64,000 nucleotides of DNA from Amphiscolops sp. MND2022. Its lineage: Eukaryota. Numbering within the stretch: the stretch's first letter is position 1; each line of letters starts with the position of its first letter. A program made the position numbers and the translations under genes. Shown here piece by piece: positions 1-7,910 of the stretch. The notes beneath the pieces were generated by a model. That model saw only the letters and a program-made list of their open reading frames with translations, had not been told where the DNA came from and did not search any database. The DNA lies in the NCBI GenBank assembly GCA_964187785.1, contig OZ076410.1, positions 77,562,001-77,626,000 on the forward strand. Direction: 5' to 3'.

Positions 1-1478
1 TTACAAATATTTTACCATTACTGCACGAGTCTCCGTGTACGGGCCACCTGGGAATCGAGAAAACCTATCACAGAGCGCAAGAATTTTGGCCATTATTTTG
101 GCCAGGCATGACGAGGGACGTGACCGACTGGGTTAATAGTTGTGATGAATGTCTTAGAAGGAAAGGAACACCGCAAAAGCATCGCCATAGTCTCACTACA
201 TGGCAGGCCAGTCACCCTTTCTGGCAAGTATCATTGGACGTCATGGGACCTCCCCTGACTCTCAAGGTTATAGATACATTCGCCTAATAGGAGATCAATT
301 TAGTAAATGGTATGAGGCCGTGCGAATGCCGAAAAATGTTGAAAAATGGATCACACGTTTTGGGTGCCCTGTCAATCTTCATAGTGATAAAGGAACGAAC
401 TTCATGTCAGAATTGTTTCGGGAACATTGTCGTATTATGGGTACACAGAGAACGTCAACAACATCGTTTCATCCGGAAGGAAATGCAATGGTTGAGCGAA
501 CCAAAAGGACATTGGAGGAGAGCATTCCTAAATATGTGAGTGAACATCAGCATGACAGGAAAAACTACCTGCAATTGGTAATGATGGCCTACCGTTCCTC
601 GGTACACGCAGTAACGAAGTATAGTCCTACATACGTCATTTTTGGGACACCACTAAAGCTGCCAATTGATTGTATGTACGAGACGCGTCATACAGAGTGA
701 AATCCAACACCTAGTGATTTCATATTTAAAACAAGGCGTGAGCTACAGAAAGCACATCATCAGATCAGGATTCATATGGAAGTAGAACAAACTAGACAGA
801 AAACCTACTACGATTACCGCGCTTACGGGCCCACGTACAAAGAAGGACAGCAAGTTCTTGTCTTTTTCCCAACACAAAAAAAGGCGAAACAAAAAGTTCA
901 CATCTTTCTTAAAAGGACCTTACACAATTGTCGAAATTATTAACGACCTTAATTTTCGAGTTTGTCACGATGAGACACAGAAAATTATTAAGGTGCATTA
1001 CGATAGATTGAAACAATAAATGTGTAGGGAGCGAACATCTGTCACAATTCACGGAACTAGGAGACAAAGTGAGTTGGAGGAAAAATCAATCATCGAAAAA
1101 GTTGACGACGACTTCCTTGAAATTGAAGTCGAGCAAACAAACGAACCGAAAAGGGCGGAACAGAGAGAAAATTTTCAGAATGAAAACCCAGAGACAACTC
1201 ATCCACACAATGATGCCATAACCGTGGAAGAAGATCTAAACGAGCGACCGTGTAGCGAGTCTTCGAAGAAGGACGGAAGTAGCAGTCAAAGAGATAACTT
1301 CTTGACCGAAGCAATTAAACAAAAAAATCAAAACAAAAAAACAAGAAACATTCCACCACCTAGAGAAAAGAGCACGCGTATCCGATCCGTACCGAAACGC
1401 TCTGCTGACTTTTTTGTGTATAACCCCGATGACGAAATTTTCGATACAGATGACGTTTTAACTTCCGGAAACAAGTGA
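1..1478 (+). pseudogene. pol: Gypsy integrase (pol C-terminus), disrupted
   Basis: Frame 1 from base 1 gives the HHCC finger LHESPCTGHLGIEKTY...SCDEC. Core motifs GDQFSKW, LHSDKGTNF, HPEGNAMVER. GPY/F module KGPYTIVEIINDLNFRV...VHYDRL at 912-1016. Acidic tail with KSTRIRSVPKRSADF. Several stops and frameshifts. Confidence 0.93.
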
Positions 1479-1484
1479 AGCACA

Positions 1485-3746
1485 ATGGGAAGAGGAAACA
1501 AACCTAACAAAGAGGGTAAACAGGTAATAGTGTGCTGCGCGTTCATGGCAATCTGTTGGAATATCACAATGGGGGAAGAAATAAGAACAGTGGGATATGA
1601 CTTCGAGCAAATTGTGACAACATGAGTGTGTTCTCTTTCTGAACAAGAAGCTGGATGTTCTCGAGAGTCGAGAACAAAAAAGAAAGTAACGAAGGCTACG
1701 ATTCTTTTTCATGAAAACAATGCGGAAATAGAGTTGATGTTTTGTCACTATCAAGCGTCATATACAGTACAACACATAAAGAAATCCAATGTTTACGATG
1801 ACGGATTATACTTACATCAAGAACGAAGTTTCTACTTACGTTTTACCTCTTGTCGATAGAAACGTGTCAGTCTATATGGACTGGAGAGGGTTTCAAGTTA
1901 CGGGTTTCGGTAACCAAGAATTCAAACTTAGCACTGCTGAATTAAACAAGGTGACAAGTGACAGGACAGAAACCACGGAAACGTTTGACTACTCAGCAGT
2001 GTTTATGAAAAGAAGAAGGCGTGGAATTGGCTCTGCATATCCTGTAGAGTGGACCACACCTCTTGGAGAAACAATCGTTGGTTCTGTTATGATCAACGCG
2101 CGTCTAGCAATAGGCAAAGATTACGCTAGAAAAAGAATGCAGATGGATGAGTTTCTATTCACATGGAAAGACCCCGTCGGTATTGAACAATCAAGGATTG
2201 AAAATGAGGAGGACTTTGAAGAAGATTTTGTGGTTTACTTGACAAAAAATACAACGGAATAAAAATGGTCAAAACTGATTACCATAGTGGGGGAGAATGA
2301 AGTAGTCGAATTCCGTGCCTGAAGAGTACTTTATTGGCAGGTTTCATTAACAATGACAAACAGAAACGATTCGCACTTGAAATGGATAATTCGCCCACAA
2401 TAATGTGCAACAAATTCGTGCATCCTACAATAATACAAAACGTTTACGTCATACTTGACAACTGGGATTTGGAATTTCATGAAGTCAACTCGGTCGATGC
2501 TTCTATGCTTTTCCAAAGTCGATTGGAAATAGTATATGCGCACGGAGTACAAGAGACGGAGGATATTTGGGTAGAAATAGACGTTCAGAAATGCAAGATG
2601 GACCATCTCAGAGAGCAATTGAATTTGTCACTCATTTCTAACGTGGAGATTATGGTGTTAGGAGTCGGAGGTGTAGGGGTGCATGTGGAGCGAGCAGGCG
2701 GAGTGGTTTACCTGCATCGATGCGCAAAAATGGAAGTAATGGTGATCGAAAACACCTTTTGCACTGAAGAGGTACCAGTACGCCTAGGTGGAGACGGAAA
2801 CTGTGTAATAAGATAAATGCCTCCGATTACACGAGTTTTCTGTACTAACTACACAATGACTGAATGGGATTGCTTGAAATGGGTCGAATGAAATAGGTCG
2901 AAAAGAATTAGGTCAACCTTTTTGGTCGATTAACTTAGGTCGAATTGACTGAGGTCGAATTGGATCGAATGGAATTGGGTCGAAATCAATATGTTGTCTC
3001 CCTAGAACTTGGCATTTTTCAAGGTCGACCCAAGTCCATTCGACCCAATTCCGAAACGGTGAAGGTTCGACCCATGGCACAGGAGGCCGATTCGACCCAT
3101 TTCTTTTGACCCCTTTCCGTTCACCCGACTGAATGCAACCCTATTTATCCCAATTTACTGAAGTTGGCAAACGGTACGTGGATAACATACGGGAAATAAA
3201 TAGAAAGAGCCAAAGCGGAACCAATACCATTTTTCCATGATACTAGACGTAAAATGAGACCCCACGAGTTTGTAGGGCTAAAAAAACGGACTTTTCACGA
3301 TGGAGGATCTGTGAAGGAGTAGCAGAGCAATGGCATTGAGGCACAGTCGAACTACAGTCACAGGACGGGAAGTTTACTTAGGTCCACGAGGAGAATACGG
3401 CCATGCCGAATACTTTCATCTGAATTTGCCAAGTAGACAGCTGGATTTCAGCTGGAGCGTTCTTAAGTGTTTTGAGAACGTGAAAAGAGAAACGTTGTTT
3501 GTATGGTGGATAGCGAGAGAAATCGTGCTATCTATGTTGACTTCGATGCTTTTCGGTACGCTTTTCAGGTTTTAATACAAATTGTTTTTCATGATACAAC
3601 TTAAGAAGCTAGGAACAACCACCAGGTTCGCTTTACAACCTTTCAACCCGTTTTACGAGTATAATAAGTACCTTGCTGAAGTCAAGAGTCTTAAGGGAGA
3701 GCATGCTGATGAAGAGCAATCAATTATTGATGAAAACGCAGTGTAA
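1485..3746 (+). pseudogene. env: env-like membrane glycoprotein of about 660 codons after MITE removal, resembling chuvirus/herpes gB-like class III fusion proteins
   Basis: ATG 1485 followed by signal-like KQVIVCCAFMAICWNITMG then TVGYDF. Ectodomain motifs RFALEM..MCNKFVHPTIIQNVYVI, EIDVQKCKMDHL..LNLSL, AGGVVYLHRC..EV..CTEEVPV, PITRVF..ECNPIYP..NGTW. C-terminal hydrophobic LFVWWIAREIVLSMLTSMLFGTLFRF plus short tail. About 10 stops/frameshifts by manual count. Family assignment is by recalled motif pattern. Confidence 0.68.
2867..3126. mobile_element. Foldback MITE, probably Mutator/MULE type, inserted in env
   Basis: 9-bp TSD GACTGAATG at 2858-2866 and 3127-3135; GG...CC ends; GGTCGAA repeats on the left and TTCGACC repeats on the right. 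Removing it plus one TSD copy restores the env frame (NYTMT|ECNPIYP). Confidence 0.85.
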
Positions 3747-3785
3747 ATTAGCAGCGTATAAATTTTCCAAATTAAAAATGAAAAC

Positions 3786-4518
3786 ATGCTTGTTGAATTC
3801 TTTTGTTCAGAGATGGACGGAGGACGAGTAAATGAATACGTCTACTACCTTCCTGAACTGTATCAAATTAAAACGGAGGTATCTCCAGGACTTTACAGAG
3901 TGCAGGGATGTATTTCCGGGCATCGGAAAGTTGCCACCGAAGACACGCTCGCTGCCGCTAACATCAAAAACAGGGCAGATGGTACTAATCCACAACTGAT
4001 CGGGCTTCGACAGCAACTGGATATGGCGAAATTAAAAATTGAATCGTTGGAGGAACAACTCCAGTCCGGGGAGAAGTATATCAACGGGGAGCGAGAAGAG
4101 CAGCGGAGGAAAATTCTCGAACTTGAGTTCAACAACAGAGTGCAGCGAGAAAAAATACGAAGGCTGGGGGAAGATCTCGAGCGCCAAAAGATACTTGTGA
4201 AGAGTGAGAGAAACAAAGCCAGAGTAACGGAAAAATTTATTAGGGAGCTGAAACAAAAAAAACCTCATGCAACGTCCGTTCACACCGTATGAGATTCTTT
4301 TCGTAAAGGATGACGCAGACGTTGAGGATATCAAACGTAATTACAAACAATTAGCTGCCTTAACTCATCCTGATGCTGGCGGATGTGAGGAACACTTCAG
4401 AACAATCCATAGGGCGTATCTTATTCTGAGTAACCAGAATGCAAGAAACCTATACGACACATTCGGGTTAGAGAGGGCAGAAGAAGAGTTAACCCGGAGA
4501 GCTAATTGGAGTGACTAA
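3786..4518 (+). CDS. Cargo ORF J1: beta-rich N-terminal module + coiled coil + DnaJ/J-domain, split by a 1-nt indel in an A8 run
   Basis: ORFs 3786-4292 and 4267-4518 overlap; removing one A from CAAAAAAAACC (about 4254-4264) fuses them (ELKQKNLMQRPF). J-domain PYEILFVKDDADVEDIKRNYKQLAALTHPD..HFRTIHRAYLILSN..RNLYD. No introns. Confidence 0.75.
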
Positions 4519-4612
4519 CTGAAATGAACTGTTAACTTTTTATTTCTTTTCGTACCTTTGGTTTTAAAAAAAATAATAACAATCAATAAAAAAACTGAGA
4601 CACAAAGTTTTC

Positions 4613-4686
4613 TAGGTGGGAATCACCTAAAAAGGGGTAATTAAGTGTGTTCACTTTAAAAAAAAGGGACAAGGTGAGAGTCACCT
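4613..4686. promoter_or_regulatory. Three spaced GTG-N4/5-CAC palindromes between J1 and J2
   Basis: TAGGTG-GGAAT-CACCTA 4613-4629, AAGTG-TGTT-CACTT 4643-4656, AGGTG-AGAGT-CACCT 4672-4686; about 29-30 nt period. Function unknown. Confidence 0.4.
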
Positions 4687-4829
4687 GTTGATTGAATCAT
4701 TTGATAATGAACATGTCGAGTTCGACATTTTCCATGTCTAGCAGGCATCGCTAGGCACCGTCTCAATTGTTTTAGGTGCATTAATTATACATTTATACTC
4801 AATTGTGGTGCTGGTTTTGGTGTTTAAGC

Positions 4830-5642
4830 ATGCATCCTTTAGCTGGGAACATCGTCTACTACCTGCCTGGGTTTTTTTTGGTGAAGTCTCAGATGCCTTC
4901 TGGAGTGTTCCGGGTGGAAGGCCTAGTCTGCAAAACTCGGAAAGTTACGGCAGCTGACACCCTCTGTCCAGTCACGCTGGTTAGAAGAACTGAGATTGAC
5001 GACGAAGGACTGTCAGTACTGCGAAACAAAAATGCTGAACTGATGACGGAACGGCCATCTTTTGTTTTTCAACTGGATGCTCTCAAAGCTGAGATCCTCA
5101 GTTGGCAGAAGAAAGCAGACATCATTGACGGCCAACTACAACTCTGGAAGGAGGCAGCAAATCAGCGACAACAATCCTTGACTGAGTACAAGGAAACGTC
5201 GAAGAAATTGAGGCGACAAGTGGACAGCATTGAAGCTGACTATGCCGCAGCGATAACTGCAATAAAGGAGAGTCGCAGTCGAGAACAAAACTTGGTGGAG
5301 GAGCTGCAGGTGCAGGGCGAGGCTATCAATGGTCTCAAGAGGGAACTGGAAACCAGAGAAACCTTCAAAATGGGCGATAAGCTGACGCTGTACGACCAAC
5401 TTATGGTGTCGTCCAATGTTTCAGTCGAGACCATTGCAAAAAGATTGTTGTGCCACCCAGCCTGTTGTTGTGCCACCCTCAGCCTGTTCTGCCACCCAGA
5501 TCATGGAGGCTCCTACGACGACGTGCTTGTTCGGCTTCAGACGGCACATCGGAAACTAAGTGACCTCGAGGCAAGACTCCGATACGAAGCTGAGGGATGT
5601 GAGGCAGCAGACGAGTTTCTCAGTTTTAAAAACAACAGCTAA
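4830..5642 (+). CDS. Cargo ORF J2, paralog of J1 (N-terminal module + coiled coil + divergent J-domain), uninterrupted
   Basis: ATG 4830. N-terminus IVYYLPGFFLVKSQMPSGVFRVEG..RKVTAADTL aligns without gaps to J1 YVYYLPELYQIKTEVSPGLYRVQG..RKVATEDTL. C-terminus LYDQLMVSSNVSVETIAKR..LSLFCHPDHGG..RLQTAHRKLSD..RLRYE retains HPD. Confidence 0.75.
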   Translation: MHPLAGNIVYYLPGFFLVKSQMPSGVFRVEGLVCKTRKVTAADTLCPVTLVRRTEIDDEGLSVLRNKNAELMTERPSFVFQLDALKAEILSWQKKADIIDGQLQLWKEAANQRQQSLTEYKETSKKLRRQVDSIEADYAAAITAIKESRSREQNLVEELQVQGEAINGLKRELETRETFKMGDKLTLYDQLMVSSNVSVETIAKRLLCHPACCCATLSLFCHPDHGGSYDDVLVRLQTAHRKLSDLEARLRYEAEGCEAADEFLSFKNNS

Positions 5643-5712
5643 GACTAATGATTTGCGTGTTTTTTATTGTTTGCTTGTTTATTTCTTATAAGCGGCGAAT
5701 AACTTCTCATAT

Positions 5713-5723
5713 AGAGGGGGCAA
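5713..5723 (+). other. Polypurine tract of the env/J-domain Gypsy
   Basis: AGAGGGGGCAA directly before the candidate LTR start TATA (expected TGTA). Confidence 0.62.
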
Positions 5724-6163
5724 TATAGGAAACCTATGCAAGGAAGTTTGGAAAAACTAAAAATGATTAAAAGTCAAACGTTCGGACAGATTTACGATGA
5801 GAAACAAATTACTGTTATCAGACATATTCGAATAAGGGTTGTCGGGGATCGACAAACCTAGGTTCCCCAACTGTCGGGGTTCGACAGTAAGATATCCAAA
5901 GTAAGTAAGAAACCGTCGGGTTTCGACGGACTGTATTGAGAAAATGTAAAAACCATCAGATATCAGCGGACTTCGCCAGACTATCAGAAAGATAAAGGGT
6001 ATTTATGCGATATGAGAAGTTGGCTATTTGCTTTTGCCTATTGTCAAAATTCCTAGAGCTATTTCTCACATTGAATACATTCACAAATTCAAATAAACAT
6101 TTCGCCTATCTGGACATAGAATTAATTCTTCTATATCCACGTTTTCGTATTGAGGACGTTACA
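5724..6163 (+). repeat. 3' LTR, about 440 bp
   Basis: Starts T(A)TA after the PPT, contains AATAAA at about 6089, ends TTACA. The flank from 6164 (ACATGAAAAA...) matches the reverse complement of about 22700-22757, whose uninterrupted copy continues with a different sequence. Confidence 0.68.
5839..5929. repeat. Three GTCG-N5-CGAC stem-loops inside the LTR
   Basis: TTGTCG-GGGAT-CGACAA 5839-5855, ACTGTCG-GGGTT-CGACAGT 5870-5888, CCGTCG-GGTTT-CGACGG 5913-5929. Confidence 0.7.
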
Positions 6164-6369
6164 ACATGAAAAACTGGAAGTCCATGGGAAAATATTTCCA
6201 TGGTCGACACTTTTAGTATTTTGAATATTTCTCCACACAGTTGGGAAAAGCTTGAATTAACTACTGAAGAAAAATCCAAAAAACTGGTACATCAGGAAAG
6301 ACTATGACAAAAGACCGCAAAAATTCCAGAGTCCTTACATTTAAAACTAATAGCAACTATTGAGGCATT

Positions 6370-6813
6370 GCACGAATTGATACAGATGGCGTTGGAACAA
6401 TTACTTTTACAAAGCTGACTTCAATAACATGGAGAAATATTTTTAATATTAGAAAACTCCTTGATTCTGGATATGCATTTCAATCCACGGATGAGCAAAT
6501 ATCAGACATACGGGAGCCTTCCGATTTTCATCTACAGCATTGGGTGTTTTCTATACACTGCAATAAAAGTCTAAATATAGCATCAAATGTGTCCAGTCGA
6601 TTTCTAAATGAAACAATAAACGACTATTCTAGGGACGTTCGTTATACCATTTCAACGGTTTACAAGGAATCATCAGTTGAGTATGAAGCAAGCGTTGAGT
6701 GTACACTGATTTTTTTAAATTGTAGCCTATCTTTCATACAAAATCAGGTAACAATTTTGCGTCTTCAGGAGCAAGATTTTTACTCTATCGAAAAGTATCA
6801 AATCTATATTTAA
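6370..6813 (+). pseudogene. Unidentified ORF remnant in the Polinton-like arm
   Basis: Open frame of about 145 codons (DGVGTITFTKLTSITWRNIF...LNIASNVSSRFLNETINDYSRDVRY), also open in the copies at 22122-22535 and 28184-28597. No confident family assignment. Confidence 0.3.
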
Positions 6814-7910
6814 CTCTGTTCATCTATCAAATATATGACGAATGGAGCTCCGTGTAGTGTTTTGAAGGTACTTTCAAGACACTTTCAGTTCGGGGAGACT
6901 GTTCCTGTTAAGGTTACAAGAATGCCGGTGAAACAATGAGTCACAATCAGATTCAGTTCGACTACACAACCAGTTTTACTTCTTTGCTCGAAAAGTGAAA
7001 CACGCTTATGACAGGTAATCATAAAATTCATTTGTTGACCTGTTAAATCATCCACTTCAAGGGAAAATGATTATGATTGAAAGTTAATTGAATCAAAGCT
7101 GTGCTTAAGTTCAACATGTTGCGCACAAAATACACTGCACCAGACATAGTAAAAAACTAGTTCCAATTGAAAATTTTTGTATCGACAACACAAGATTTCC
7201 AGCTAGCACTTAATTCACTACATTTATCTACCCGGGTGGAAATAATTTTGATCAATCGAACAGCGATGACTGTAAGTGGATACTGTTCGAGGTGTATCAA
7301 TTAAAACCCATGAAATTCAGTTGTTTTGACATGAATATTGAGACGTCATAATCAAACATGAATGAATTTGTTTTTAGAAACAGTTCCTACCAATAATCTT
7401 AAATTGGAATGACACAAATAAATTTCAGCAAAAATTACGAGCATGATTTGTTGCATACGGCATGCGAATACGATATATTTCAGGTCTCAAGCTCTAAAGT
7501 CCTAAAAGAAAATGAATATAAATATCGAGGAATGAATGTAGGAAAGGGTCAAAAATTGCATACGATAAAACCAACAAACAAATACACTACACCATAAGAC
7601 ATAGTAGAGACGTTGATTAGATTAAACTTCGTTTATGTTAACGAAACAGGGTTTCATAATACTCCACTGACAGGCAATACTTTCATTCAGATTCTAATAT
7701 CTTCCGTTATAAACGAGTTACTATCACTAGCGCTATATCCTAATAAGCACACGAATTACAAATGATAACATTGACATGACAGTAAATTTGAGTCTTTAGG
7801 TTTGAACGAAGTCATCTTTAGAAACAACTGCTCACTGGAACACAAAATGGAGTGATACAATTTATTTTCACAGAATACAAAGTTAATAGCTTCTTGTTGT
7901 TAAATTCAAG

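Larger units (their letters stand above)
1..6163 (+). mobile_element. Ty3/Gypsy LTR retrotransposon, 3' portion (integrase - env-like - two J-domain ORFs - PPT - 3' LTR); 5' part lies outside the window
   Basis: Gypsy-type integrase at 1-1020; PPT AGAGGGGGCAA at 5713-5723; candidate LTR 5724-6163 ends GTTACA exactly where homology to the Polinton-like target sequence begins (6164). Confidence 0.82.

Noticed and set aside
2005-2030. KRRRR|GIG as a furin site plus fusion peptide (class I env)
   Set aside because: The following segment is not a hydrophobic fusion peptide, and the surrounding motifs fit a class III-type protein; the basic run may be a decay product.
4267-4518. Stand-alone host DnaJ gene
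   Set aside because: Intronless, fused to the upstream ORF by a 1-nt correction, paralogous to J2, and located between env and PPT/LTR.
5701-6021. 12-bp inverted repeat AACTTCTCATAT / ATATGAGAAGTT as MITE TIRs
   Set aside because: No clean TSD; the PPT and the sharp TTACA junction at 6163 fit an LTR better. Kept as a minor alternative.
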